DNA of 61,280 nucleotides, counting the filler. It is 3 parts of 3 records of this genome, joined end to end, with 100 filler letters (N's around TTAATTAATTAA, not from the genome) between each part and the next. Parts side by side here need not be neighbours in the genome. Positions count along the whole stretch, not along the records: positions 1 to 27,596 come from SRR20825019_2374; 2 more parts are not named here. One strand, 5' to 3'. A model generated the notes under the pieces. That model did no database searches. It was given only the letters and a program-made list of their open reading frames with translations, and was not told the DNA's origin. Position numbers and translations under genes: made by a program. Positions within the stretch are counted from its first letter, which is position 1. Every line of letters begins with the position of its first letter. Positions 9,903-20,262 of the stretch are shown here, in pieces.

Positions 9903-11687
9903 TTAATATAATGCAAAAACAATTAATGAAAACAAAATTAATAAACTAATAATTTGTAATTCTAAATATTGAAAGAATACATTATCTTTAAATAAGTAGA
10001 TTATAAAAATTAATTTCTTTATAGGTTTTAATAATATGTCAACAATAACTTTATAATAGTTATTTATTACATTAATTTTTAGATTAATATAACTAGTTAT
10101 TTTTTCAAAGGAATTTGATTTAAATAAGTAATAGGTAAAAAATATTAGAATAAATATATAGATATTATCAAAAGGATACAATGGAAAATCCTCTTTAGCT
10201 GGATCATGATAAAATGATCGTTTAGGATTGAAATAACAATGTATAAAGTAAAGAAAACCAAAGAAAATAGGAAAAGCACAAAATAATAATGGAAAATAAT
10301 TCACATTATCATTGTATTTCTGCTTATTAAGCTTACTTTTTATATTCATAAAATAAATTGGTTTTGAAAGATATAAAAAGGTAATAGATGGAAAAATAAC
10401 TGATAAATATTTAAATATATTTACGTTATATATATAGTATTCTTTAAATATTTCTTTTTTAATATAATACATACTAAAGAAAGGAGCTCCATAAATGCTT
10501 AAAGATATAAATATAAATAAATAAAATAATATAGGATAAAATATTCGAATACCCTTTAAGTCCTCTATAAGTGTTATTCTATGAAGCTTATAAAATTCAC
10601 CTGCAATAAAAAATAATACTATTTTACTAAGCGAATGAAAAAAAGCATACATTACAGCGGGTATAGGTTTAGCTGAGAAAATAGATATAAGAATTATACC
10701 TAACTGACTGATTGTTGAATATGCAAGTAATTTTTTTAAAGATTTTTGAAATAATGCTAAAATTGCAGGTATTATATAAGTTAAAATTGGTAATATTATT
10801 AATAACTTAGCATATGAATAGCTAATTATTAATTCATTAAAATTTAAAACTTCATCTAATATAACTAAAAGACAATATATACCAGCATTAACAATTGCAA
10901 CAGAATGAAGTAAAGCACTTACAGGATGAGGGGCTACCATTGCTCTAATTAGCCATTTTCCTAATGGAAAAATAGCTGTTTTAGTAATACCTAATGTAAA
11001 AGTTATGGAAAGTATAAATCTAATTAAATATTGATAATTTGTATCAAAGTTATAAAAATTAATTTGCTTACTTAATTTGGAACTAAAAGCTATAAAATTA
11101 CTAAAATACTCAACAAATATACATGATGGTAAAAAGAATAATAATGATGGTATTATCAATAATAACAAATAAGTTATTAGAGATTTTCTCGAATGGTTAG
11201 TATTTTCATGATTTACTAAAAAAATAGTTGATATAGTAAGCATTTCATAAAAGCAAAACATACTAATCAAATTCCCAGAGAAAAATAACCAAAATGTAAC
11301 TAATACACAAAAAATAATTTGAGCTGTAAAAATATTGGACCTTCTCATTGATAAACTATTCATATAAGAATATGAATAATTTATTGCAGGAAACTGAATA
11401 AAACTCATGAAATTTATAAATAATAATGAAAAATCATTTATAGAAAATTTAAATTTAATAAAACCTAATAATTCAAAATCAAACTCAGATATTGACAGCT
11501 TTATTTTTTCAATATCTCTATCATAAAAAGGCCCATCTAATAATATAGTTAAGAATATAACACCTATACTTAAGATATTTAAGATAGAAGCTTTATTTTT
11601 ATTCTTTATAGGAATAAATAAAGCAGCTATCATAAATATGTAAGTAAAGGTTAATAATATACTATATGATTTAGTAAAATCATTCAT
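9903..11687 (-). CDS. Mrp antiporter subunit A/D (NuoL-like) membrane protein
   Basis: Multi-TM; FYEMLT, K.AIFPL..WL..AMVAPHPVSALLHS, KKLLAYSTISQLG, HSLSK. Confidence 0.85.
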   Translation of the reverse strand: MNDFTKSYSILLTFTYIFMIAALFIPIKNKNKASILNILSIGVIFLTILLDGPFYDRDIEKIKLSISEFDFELLGFIKFKFSINDFSLLFINFMSFIQFPAINYSYSYMNSLSMRRSNIFTAQIIFCVLVTFWLFFSGNLISMFCFYEMLTISTIFLVNHENTNHSRKSLITYLLLLIIPSLLFFLPSCIFVEYFSNFIAFSSKLSKQINFYNFDTNYQYLIRFILSITFTLGITKTAIFPLGKWLIRAMVAPHPVSALLHSVAIVNAGIYCLLVILDEVLNFNELIISYSYAKLLIILPILTYIIPAILALFQKSLKKLLAYSTISQLGIILISIFSAKPIPAVMYAFFHSLSKIVLFFIAGEFYKLHRITLIEDLKGIRIFYPILFYLFIFISLSIYGAPFFSMYYIKKEIFKEYYIYNVNIFKYLSVIFPSITFLYLSKPIYFMNIKSKLNKQKYNDNVNYFPLLFCAFPIFFGFLYFIHCYFNPKRSFYHDPAKEDFPLYPFDNIYIFILIFFTYYLFKSNSFEKITSYINLKINVINNYYKVIVDILLKPIKKLIFIIYLFKDNVFFQYLELQIISLLILFSLIVFALY

Positions 11688-11690
11688 AAC

Positions 11691-11735
11691 TAATAAAATT
11701 AAAAGTAATAAAATTAAAAGTAATAAAATTAAAAA
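11691..11735. repeat. 15-bp tandem repeat (TAATAAAATTAAAAG) x3
   Basis: Units 11691-11705 and 11706-11720 are exact; 11721-11735 has one mismatch. Confidence 0.85.
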
Positions 11736-13291
11736 TATATAAAAAATAAATTCAATAAACTTAAAAATAAAGAGCTTATAAAATATTTTAAATTGGAGTT
11801 TGATACTTTAAACAAATAATTATTACTAATTATTTCTCTAAATATTTTATAGCTATATAATACTGAGCAAATGGATGTAAAAATAGTAATTAATATAATT
11901 AATAAATTATTTTTTAATATGTAGAATTTAATATAGTATATTTTGATAAAAAACCCTGGACTAAATGGGAAACCTATTAAAGATAATGTTATTACTGAAA
12001 ATAATAATTTTGCAGAAAAATTAATATTCATAAATGAGTTTTTAAATTCCTTTAAATAATTTATAAACTCAAAGTTATTTTTTTTAAGGTTTAAATCTTT
12101 GACATCTTTTATTTCTAAGTATGATAATAAATAAAAATAGCATGACTTAACTAATGCCATCCAAATAATAGTTAATACTAAAAATTTATTATCATTAAAT
12201 CCATTAAAAATATATACAAGTATTAAATTATTATACATAAATCCTGAATATACAATAATATCTCTAATATAATCTGAAATTACAGATTTATAGCCGTAAT
12301 AAATTATTCCAGTTACTAGAGTAATATTAATTAAAATTAAAATATTCTTTGATCCATTTGAAATATAATAACTATTAAATATAAGATAAATTTTATTAAT
12401 TAAAATAAAGCTAAGAATTAGTGAAGCAGAAGAAAGATAAAATAACAATTTATAGTCAGACTTTTTATATAATTCTCTCATCCATCTATGTAAAGGAAAT
12501 ATAGTAAATTTCATTAATCCACCTATTAAGATCGAAGAAACTCCAATATTGAGTAAATATCTATTATTAGAATTTAGAGTTTTAGATTTTAAAGCATTCA
12601 TTATTGAATCAATATCTAAAGTACCTAGATGAAATAATATCATGCATATTCCAATTAAAATAAATGATGATGCAATACTTCCTAAAATGAGGTAATCTAG
12701 TGAAGAAATATTTGGTTTGTTTTGATTAGAAATAAAATATAAACTATATAATCCAAGGGAAGCAATTTCTAAAAAAACATATAAATTAAATAAATCTTTG
12801 GTTAAGATTAATCCATTTATTCCAGCATGTGTAATAAGTATAGTAGAATAAATTATATATAATTTAGATTGATCAAAATTATTCTTAAAAAATTCAATTA
12901 AATTATTTCTTAAAAAATATAGAAATATAAATAAAATTATATTTAAATATAAAATTAGTAAAATTGATGATTCATTGACTTTAAAATTAATAGCTTTTGT
13001 AAAATATATTCCAAAATTATTTATATTTTCTTGCCCCAATTTATTAATCATATTTTGATCAAACCCACCCAATGAATAATTTAAATATTCAATATTATTA
13101 TAAAATTTGAAATTAATATAATAAATAATAGTTAATATTAATGATAATAATGAAGTAAAAATTGATATATTATGTTTATTAAGAAAATTTTTATTAAAAA
13201 AGTTAATAATAGGAATAATAGCAGCACCTAATAAATAAACTAAAATAGTTAAAACTGGATAATGTTTTAAAATTATATTGTCAAAAATCAT
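11729..13291 (-). CDS. mrpD: Mrp/Mnh antiporter subunit D (divergent)
   Basis: DLFNLYVFLEIASL, YLILGSIASSFILIG, K...FPLH.W, GFPFSPGFFIK; lies next to mrpC. Confidence 0.8.
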   Translation of the reverse strand: MIFDNIILKHYPVLTILVYLLGAAIIPIINFFNKNFLNKHNISIFTSLLSLILTIIYYINFKFYNNIEYLNYSLGGFDQNMINKLGQENINNFGIYFTKAINFKVNESSILLILYLNIILFIFLYFLRNNLIEFFKNNFDQSKLYIIYSTILITHAGINGLILTKDLFNLYVFLEIASLGLYSLYFISNQNKPNISSLDYLILGSIASSFILIGICMILFHLGTLDIDSIMNALKSKTLNSNNRYLLNIGVSSILIGGLMKFTIFPLHRWMRELYKKSDYKLLFYLSSASLILSFILINKIYLIFNSYYISNGSKNILILINITLVTGIIYYGYKSVISDYIRDIIVYSGFMYNNLILVYIFNGFNDNKFLVLTIIWMALVKSCYFYLLSYLEIKDVKDLNLKKNNFEFINYLKEFKNSFMNINFSAKLLFSVITLSLIGFPFSPGFFIKIYYIKFYILKNNLLIILITIFTSICSVLYSYKIFREIISNNYLFKVSNSNLKYFISSLFLSLLNLFFIYF

Positions 13292-13299
13292 TATAAATA

Positions 13300-13707
13300 T
13301 TAGCTAAAAAAATTTAAATTTAAATTACTAATTACTGATTTATTATTGTTATTTTCAAAAATCTCATCTTCTTTAATTTTAGTTTTTAAATCTTCTTCAT
13401 TAATTGTACCAAAATAACTATTAATTTTTAAAATAAAAGAATAGGCTAAAGAAGATGTAGCTACTCCAACAACAATAGCAGTTAACATTAAAACTTGAGG
13501 AATAGGACTTGAATAATTACTAACCCCTTTAATTATTAAAGGAGCGTAATCATTAAGCTTTTTTCCAGATAATAAAAATAAAATAATAATAGATCCCTGA
13601 AGAATATTAAGTCCTATAATTCTTTTAAAATAATTTCTTGAACTTATAATTATAAATAAACCCATGCAGAAAAGTAAAACAAATAATATATATGATAAAT
13701 AATCCAT
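13300..13707 (-). CDS. mrpC: Mrp/Mnh antiporter subunit C
   Basis: KRIIGLNILQ and SPIPQVLMLTAIVVGVAT. Confidence 0.93.
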   Translation of the reverse strand: MDYLSYILFVLLFCMGLFIIISSRNYFKRIIGLNILQGSIIILFLLSGKKLNDYAPLIIKGVSNYSSPIPQVLMLTAIVVGVATSSLAYSFILKINSYFGTINEEDLKTKIKEDEIFENNNNKSVISNLNLNFFS

Positions 13708-13753
13708 ATTAATATTCTAAAACGTTGTTAATATATAATAATTAAACATTATT

Positions 13754-14779
13754 TTAGCTTAAAGACTTAAAATTAATATATAATGAAAATAAGCCTGAAG
13801 ATACTGATATTCCAACCCCAAGCTCTACAAATGATATTCCTAACTGATTAGCTACCTGATAATTAGAATTTAAATAATTATAATCTAAAAAATTATAATC
13901 AAGTAACATAGCAACTAAACCTGTAAAAATATATACTAAAAGTCCAAAGCAGGTAAAAATAAATAAATTATTTATAAAATTTTTTGAATAATAGTCTTTT
14001 TTTATTAAATCAATAGCAATTAAAATTGATGCAAATATAGAACCTGCTTGAAATCCTCCACCAGAAGCATCATCCCCATTAAGCTGAATAAAACATGCAA
14101 ATACAACTATATATGGTACAAAATACTTTATAGTTAGCTCATATATGATACCTATATCAAGATTAAGCTTTTTTTTAGACATTTTAGAATCTATTATATT
14201 AAGAATATTATAATTATTACTATTAATTTTTTTTGTTTTTTCATTTAGATATTTTTTTCCAAAAATTAAACTTGTACAAAAAGCTCCAAGAGAGATAACA
14301 AATGTTTCTAATAAAGTATCAAAACCTCTATAACTTGCTAGTATTGAAGAAATATTTGAGTTTATTCCTATTTCTTTTTGAGTATTTTTTAAATAATATT
14401 CTGACTGCATTTTATGGATATCAAAAATACTATTAGTATCAAAAATATTACTAGCTCCATAAATGAAAACAAATATTAGTATTAAAATAATAATTAAATA
14501 TATAAAATTCCTATAACTATTATTTTTATTTTCATAGTTTAATTTTATTGCTACTAAAATCATAACTGATAAAGAAACGCAGCATCCAACTGATATCTCT
14601 GTCATAGATACATCAGGTGCATTTAAAAGCAAATAAATTAAACTTAAAATAATACTAAAGGCTGACTGATATATAATTAAATTTAAATAATTTATAGAAG
14701 TAAAAATCTTTAAAGATACTAAAAATAGTCCAAATAAAATTAAATATAATAAAGATATATCTAAACTAAATCCTGTCAT
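13754..14779 (-). CDS. mrpB: Mrp/Mnh antiporter subunit B (with DUF4040-type N-terminus)
   Basis: APDVSMTE, ILASYRGFDTLLET, GGGFQAG, ELGVGISV. Confidence 0.88.
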   Translation of the reverse strand: MTGFSLDISLLYLILFGLFLVSLKIFTSINYLNLIIYQSAFSIILSLIYLLLNAPDVSMTEISVGCCVSLSVMILVAIKLNYENKNNSYRNFIYLIIILILIFVFIYGASNIFDTNSIFDIHKMQSEYYLKNTQKEIGINSNISSILASYRGFDTLLETFVISLGAFCTSLIFGKKYLNEKTKKINSNNYNILNIIDSKMSKKKLNLDIGIIYELTIKYFVPYIVVFACFIQLNGDDASGGGFQAGSIFASILIAIDLIKKDYYSKNFINNLFIFTCFGLLVYIFTGLVAMLLDYNFLDYNYLNSNYQVANQLGISFVELGVGISVSSGLFSLYINFKSLS

Positions 14780-14834
14780 AAATGTTTTTAACCTATTTTT
14801 ATTTTTTAATTAATATTTAATATATTAATAATAT

Positions 14835-15155
14835 TTATTCCTTATTTTTTTTATCAATTTGATCATAGGGAGAGATATTTAGGTATAACCCTATTTTTGA
14901 TAATATATGAGATGTAACTGGAGCAAATATAAAATATGATACTACTATTATTAAGCATTTAAATAGTCCTGCAAAACTATTTTGTAATAAAGAAATTCCT
15001 ATCATACAAACAGGAAAACCCATTACATCTGAAACTGCTTGAGCATGAAGTTTAGAGTAAAAATTTTTAAATCTAATTATTCCAATAAGTGATGAAATTA
15101 TTAAAAATAATCCAATAAAAATTAGTATATAAGCAAATATTTGGTATTTGTTCAC
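14835..15155 (-). CDS. mrpG: Mrp/Mnh antiporter subunit G
   Basis: GIIRFKNFYSKLHA...D..G and APVTSH. Confidence 0.9.
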   Translation of the reverse strand: MNKYQIFAYILIFIGLFLIISSLIGIIRFKNFYSKLHAQAVSDVMGFPVCMIGISLLQNSFAGLFKCLIIVVSYFIFAPVTSHILSKIGLYLNISPYDQIDKKNKE

Positions 15156-15157
15156 TT

Positions 15158-15868
15158 TTATTTATTAAGTATATAAATTTTACATATTTTAGAAAAATAT
15201 ATTAGACCTATAATAATCGCAAGTAAAAACCAAGTAAACATATATTCAAAATGTTTATTTCGAATATTTAGTATTTTATTAATTTCAATTTGTTTAATAT
15301 CTTTATATTCATAATTATTTAAATCAAATAAATAAATATTATCATTATTAATTGATAAACTATCTGAAATAGATTTTGTATCAATAGTATTAAGCATATT
15401 CCCCATATTTGAAAATACTGATTTTTTCTCACCAGGAATAACTAAAGCTTCTAACTCTATAGATTCTTGATCTTTGTTTTTATGTGATTTTATATATTTT
15501 GAGTTTAAAATTGATATCACCTCATCTTTCTTAATATTATAACTTATCCAGCCTCTTAAAACTATATATGACCTTAATTTAGTTTTAAAAGGAGTTAAAA
15601 TTACATATCCATTTTTTTTAATATTATCTATATTTTTATAAACTAAAATTGTATTACTATTATCGTAATTACCTTTAATTCTGATTTTTCTATATAAATT
15701 ATCTTTATTAACAATATTAATTTCATCATCAACATATTTAAGACTTAAACTTTGTTTGATATTATTTATGTAATTTAATTTGTATTTATATCTATTAAGC
15801 TGCCAAAAACCAAGTTTTGTTAAAATACTTACAAGTATAATAGTAAAAATTGTAAAGCTAAGTTTCAT
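15158..15868 (-). CDS. surf1: SURF1/Shy1 cytochrome oxidase assembly protein
   Basis: LGFWQLNR, GYVILTPF, VLRGWI, NKHFEYMFTWF. Confidence 0.92.
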   Translation of the reverse strand: MKLSFTIFTIILVSILTKLGFWQLNRYKYKLNYINNIKQSLSLKYVDDEINIVNKDNLYRKIRIKGNYDNSNTILVYKNIDNIKKNGYVILTPFKTKLRSYIVLRGWISYNIKKDEVISILNSKYIKSHKNKDQESIELEALVIPGEKKSVFSNMGNMLNTIDTKSISDSLSINNDNIYLFDLNNYEYKDIKQIEINKILNIRNKHFEYMFTWFLLAIIIGLIYFSKICKIYILNK

Positions 15869-16002
15869 ATATATAAAAAAATTGTAATCTTAAATTATTA
15901 AAAATCTAAATTTATAAAAAAATATTTTTGATTATTATAAAGAATTCCTTATTATTTAATTAATATTAAATTAAGTAAATTATTTTATTAAATTCATTTT
16001 TT

Positions 16003-16170
16003 ATGAATAAACAAGAAATAGTATATACAAATACAAAAGAAATTAAATGTTCAGGGGATAGTGAAACTTTTGATCACCCAACTATTTATCTCAAATTAGA
16101 TGCTAATCAAAACAGAGTAAAATGCTTGTATTGTTCAAAGGAGTATGTTTATTTAGGTAATAATCCTTAA
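16003..16170 (+). CDS. Zinc-finger (zf-CHCC, NDUFS6-like) small protein, 55 aa; not in the ORF track
   Basis: MNKQEIVYTNTKEIKCSGDSETFDHPTIYLKLDANQNRVKCLYCSKEYVYLGNNP, with the C-x8-HP.(I/V)Y-x-C.YC pattern. Confidence 0.88.
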   Translation: MNKQEIVYTNTKEIKCSGDSETFDHPTIYLKLDANQNRVKCLYCSKEYVYLGNNP

Positions 16171-16209
16171 TAATAAATATTTTTTAATAATTTATATTAT
16201 CTATATCTA

Positions 16210-17466
16210 ATGAAATTTACTGCTTTTATATTATGCATGCTTTCTGTAATAGTACATTATTATGACTATTATATTATTGGATTATTTGCAGATATAGTAG
16301 CCAAAGAATTTTTTCCAAATTTTACAAAAGAATATCAGTTATATTATACCTATTTATTAATATCAGTAACTTACATCTCTAAGCCTGTTGGAGCATTAAT
16401 TCTTGGCATGATTGGAGATAAATATGGCAGAAATACTTCAATAAATATTAGTTTATTCTGCTCAGCCTTTTCTTCTTTAATAATTTATTTATTACCAGGA
16501 TATAATGTTATTGGAAATCTATCAATTTTTATATTAACTTTTGCAAGAATGCTAATTTGCGCTATGACCTCTTCTGGAACTGATGGTATTAGAATATATG
16601 TCTTTGAAAAAATCCCAGATAATCATAAAAATTTAGGTATAGGACTAGTATCTTCTTCTACTATGATGGCTTTCTTTTTTGCAAATTATATAGCATATAT
16701 ACTTAATACTTATGAATATATAAATTATTCATGGAAATCTGCATTTTTGCTAGGTTTTTTTATGGCTATTATGTTATTTGTAATAAGATTATTGATTTAC
16801 ACTAATAAAGAAGAATATGTTAAAAATGATCCATATTATGAAAAATATAAAAATATTAATCTAATAAAAATAGTTAAAGAAAATTATTCATTATTTTTAA
16901 TTTGCGCATTAGTTGCAGGAAGTATAGGCTCTATTAACCAGTTTTTCTTGATATTTTATGGAAATTATATGTTTGATATTCTTGAAATCACAGATAAAAA
17001 TAATATGAGATTATATATGCTTATAGCATCTAGTTTATATATGATATTTTCAATAATATCTGGGTTATTATCTGATTATTTTGGAAAAAAAATTATTCAT
17101 CAGCTTTCTACAATAATATTAATAATAATTTCCTTTATAAACTGCCTGTATATTAATGAACAAAAATTCATACCTTTATTATATTTAATGAGCGCTATTT
17201 TATTACCTTTAATATTAATACCTTCAATAGGAACTTTTAAGTCAAGTATTCCAGTAGCAATTAGATACAGAATTACAAGTATAGCTCACGCCTTTGGCTC
17301 AATTATCATTTCAGGACCTACCAACCTAATAGCTACTAAAATCTATTTTAGTAGTAAAATATCATATTTTCCAATATTATATTTTGTATTAATTATTATT
17401 TTACTTCAACTTGCTATATACCTATTAAATAAACATAATAAAATAAATTTTAAAATTTATGACTAA
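16210..17466 (+). CDS. MFS transporter, ProP/MHS-like
   Basis: About 12 TM segments; YYDYYI.G....I..EFFP, KPVGALILG.IGDKYGR, SGLLSDYFGKK. Confidence 0.85.
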   Translation: MKFTAFILCMLSVIVHYYDYYIIGLFADIVAKEFFPNFTKEYQLYYTYLLISVTYISKPVGALILGMIGDKYGRNTSINISLFCSAFSSLIIYLLPGYNVIGNLSIFILTFARMLICAMTSSGTDGIRIYVFEKIPDNHKNLGIGLVSSSTMMAFFFANYIAYILNTYEYINYSWKSAFLLGFFMAIMLFVIRLLIYTNKEEYVKNDPYYEKYKNINLIKIVKENYSLFLICALVAGSIGSINQFFLIFYGNYMFDILEITDKNNMRLYMLIASSLYMIFSIISGLLSDYFGKKIIHQLSTIILIIISFINCLYINEQKFIPLLYLMSAILLPLILIPSIGTFKSSIPVAIRYRITSIAHAFGSIIISGPTNLIATKIYFSSKISYFPILYFVLIIILLQLAIYLLNKHNKINFKIYD

Positions 17467-19462
17467 ACAATATATTAAAAAACTTTCAGAAGATACTATA
17501 AATAAGATTGCTGCAGGAGAAGTAGTAGATAGACCTGCTTCTGTAATTAAAGAACTAGTTGAAAATTCAATAGATGCAGGTGCTACAGAAATTAAAATTT
17601 TAATAGAAGAAGCAGGTAAAAATTATATAAAAATAAGTGATAACGGAAAAGGAATGCCAAAAGAAGACTTAGTCCTTTCTGTAGAAAGACATACAACCTC
17701 TAAACTAAAAGAAGAAGATATTACTGATATCAGAAATTTTGGATTTAGAGGTGAAGCATTACCATCTATTTCATCAATTGCAAAAGTTAAAATTACAAGT
17801 TCAGATATAAGTAAAAAAGCATATGAACTTATAGTAGAAGGAGGTGAAAAAAAAGAGCCTAGTAGAGCTATTCATAATATTGGAACTACAATTGAAGTTA
17901 GAGATTTATTTTATAGAACACCAGCAAGATTAAAATTTTTAAAAACATTTAGAACTGAAGCTTCAGCATGTATTGATATAGTAAAAAAAATTGCTATGTC
18001 TCATTCTCATATTAAATTTAGTTTAATTAGTAATTCTAAAGAAATTTTAAATCTTAAAGCTTCAGATGAATTATCTAGTAATGATGAAATTAGTAATAAA
18101 AGAATATCTGATATAATTGGCGAAGACTTTATAAGAAATAGTGTTAAGATTTCTCATAAGGATAATTTATTAGAATTTAGAGGATATGCTAGCTTACCAA
18201 CTTTTAATAAAGCAACTTCTGAAGATCAGTATTTATTTGTAAATAATAGGCCTGTGAAAGATAAATTGCTACTTGCATCAGTAAGAGCTGCATATCAAGA
18301 TTATCTTGCAAGAGGTAGACACCCCGTATTAGTATTATTTATGAATATAAACCCCCATATGGTAGATGTAAACGTGCATCCTGCAAAATCTGAAGTTAGA
18401 TTTAGAGAAAGTAATGAAATTAGAAATGCTTTAATATTTTCTTTAAGAAATGCTTTATCAACAGGTGCGCATAAAGTATCAGATACATATGACAATAAAC
18501 TAGGTGAAATTTTAAGCAAAAATAATAATGTTAAATTTACTCATAATGCTAATATTCTAAATAAATATAATTCAAATAAAAATTTAAATACAAGTAATTC
18601 TTACTCAAATAGTAGTTTAAAAAGTTATAATAATCAAAATAATTTCCAAAAAGAAACTAACTTTGATAAAAACTATTTAAATAATAGTATTAATGATGGT
18701 AAAAATATTAATAATGAATTTAATTCTAATAAAGAAAATTTAAGTAATAAGGAATCATTAAGTTACAACCAGTATAATGCATCTAAAAGAAATGATGATT
18801 TATTTAAAGCATCAGGAATCGCTCAAAAACCTTTAGTAAGGCCAAATGATAATGTAGATAATTCATATTTAAATGAAGATAATACTCTAGGAGCTGCTTG
18901 CGCTCAAGTGCATAAAAATTATATTATTTCTCAAACAAAAGAAGGAGTTATTATAGTAGATCAACATGCAGCACATGAAAGACTAGTATATGAAGATCTA
19001 AAAAAACAAATAAATAATAAATCAGTATTAAAACAAAGATTATTAATACCTGAAATAGTTGAATTTGAAGATCAAAAAAGAATTAATCTACTTCTTAATA
19101 ACAAAGAAAAACTTTTAGAAACTGGACTTAATATTAATAAATTTGGTGATAAATCAATTATAGTATATGAAACTCCTACTATAATAGGTGAAGTTAATAT
19201 AAAAGCTTTAATAAATGATATAGCTGATACTCTTCTTGAATATAATCAAGATGAAGCTTTATCACAGCTTATTGAGCATATTACAGAAACTTATGCTTGT
19301 CATCACTCAATTAGATCTGGTAGAAATATGAATATAGAAGAGATGAATAGCTTATTAAGAAAAATGGAACAAACACCTTATTCAGGACAATGTAACCATG
19401 GAAGACCTACTTATATTAAGTTATCATTAAAAGACATTGAAAAATTATTTGGAAGAATTTAA
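17459..19462 (+). CDS. mutL: DNA mismatch repair endonuclease MutL
   Basis: IAAGEVVDRPASVIKELVENSIDAG, GFRGEAL, DQHAAHER, CNHGRPT. Confidence 0.98.
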   Translation: MTKQYIKKLSEDTINKIAAGEVVDRPASVIKELVENSIDAGATEIKILIEEAGKNYIKISDNGKGMPKEDLVLSVERHTTSKLKEEDITDIRNFGFRGEALPSISSIAKVKITSSDISKKAYELIVEGGEKKEPSRAIHNIGTTIEVRDLFYRTPARLKFLKTFRTEASACIDIVKKIAMSHSHIKFSLISNSKEILNLKASDELSSNDEISNKRISDIIGEDFIRNSVKISHKDNLLEFRGYASLPTFNKATSEDQYLFVNNRPVKDKLLLASVRAAYQDYLARGRHPVLVLFMNINPHMVDVNVHPAKSEVRFRESNEIRNALIFSLRNALSTGAHKVSDTYDNKLGEILSKNNNVKFTHNANILNKYNSNKNLNTSNSYSNSSLKSYNNQNNFQKETNFDKNYLNNSINDGKNINNEFNSNKENLSNKESLSYNQYNASKRNDDLFKASGIAQKPLVRPNDNVDNSYLNEDNTLGAACAQVHKNYIISQTKEGVIIVDQHAAHERLVYEDLKKQINNKSVLKQRLLIPEIVEFEDQKRINLLLNNKEKLLETGLNINKFGDKSIIVYETPTIIGEVNIKALINDIADTLLEYNQDEALSQLIEHITETYACHHSIRSGRNMNIEEMNSLLRKMEQTPYSGQCNHGRPTYIKLSLKDIEKLFGRI

Positions 19463-19501
19463 CTTTTTTATAATTTAACAATTATACTACTTTACTAAAA
19501 A

Positions 19502-20254
19502 CTATTTTATATTTGCCCAAATTTTTCTTTTAGATAAATAAAATAAAATAGTAAAAATAAATAAAAACATCATAACTTTAAGACCTAAAGATTTTCTGTT
19601 TTGAAGCTCTGGCTCTGATGACCATTCAAGAAAATTTACAATATCTTTAGCCATTTGTTCTTTTGATGGTTCAGTTCCATCTGAAAATTCAACAGTAACT
19701 CCATCAAATGGATCAGACATAGCTATTAATCCTCCTTGAAAATAAGGATTATAATGAAGTCCATCAGGCACTATTATATTTTTAGGAATATTATCTGTGT
19801 AACCTGTTAATAAAGAATATACATAATTTGCACCATTTTCTCTTGCCTTAATTATTAAAGATAAATCTGGAGGTAATGCCCCGTTATTTGAAGCTCTTGC
19901 TGCATTATCATTTATAAAAGCTTTAACAAACTTATCAGATGGTAATGCTTTTCTTGTATACATTTCGCCATCATCATCAGGTCCATCAGTAACTTCATAT
20001 TCTCTTGCTATATTTGCAACTTCTTGTTTAGTAAAACCAATTTGCTCAAGATTTCTATATGCAAGATGCTCAAGACTATGACAAGATGAACAAACTTCTT
20101 TATAAATTTTAAAACCTCTTTGAGCAGATTGAATATCAAACTTACCTAATATACCTTCAAATGTCCAGTTTAGCTTTTTAGGACCCAAAACTAAATTATT
20201 GGCATAAATGAAATTGTGATAAAATATTAGATATAAAAATAGTAATAATTTCAT
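19502..20254 (-). CDS. petC: Cytochrome c1 of the bc1 complex
   Basis: Signal peptide, QRGF.IY.EVCSSCH heme motif, PPDLSLI, C-terminal TM. Confidence 0.96.
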   Translation of the reverse strand: MKLLLFLYLIFYHNFIYANNLVLGPKKLNWTFEGILGKFDIQSAQRGFKIYKEVCSSCHSLEHLAYRNLEQIGFTKQEVANIAREYEVTDGPDDDGEMYTRKALPSDKFVKAFINDNAARASNNGALPPDLSLIIKARENGANYVYSLLTGYTDNIPKNIIVPDGLHYNPYFQGGLIAMSDPFDGVTVEFSDGTEPSKEQMAKDIVNFLEWSSEPELQNRKSLGLKVMMFLFIFTILFYLSKRKIWANIK

Positions 20255-20262
20255 AATAAAAC

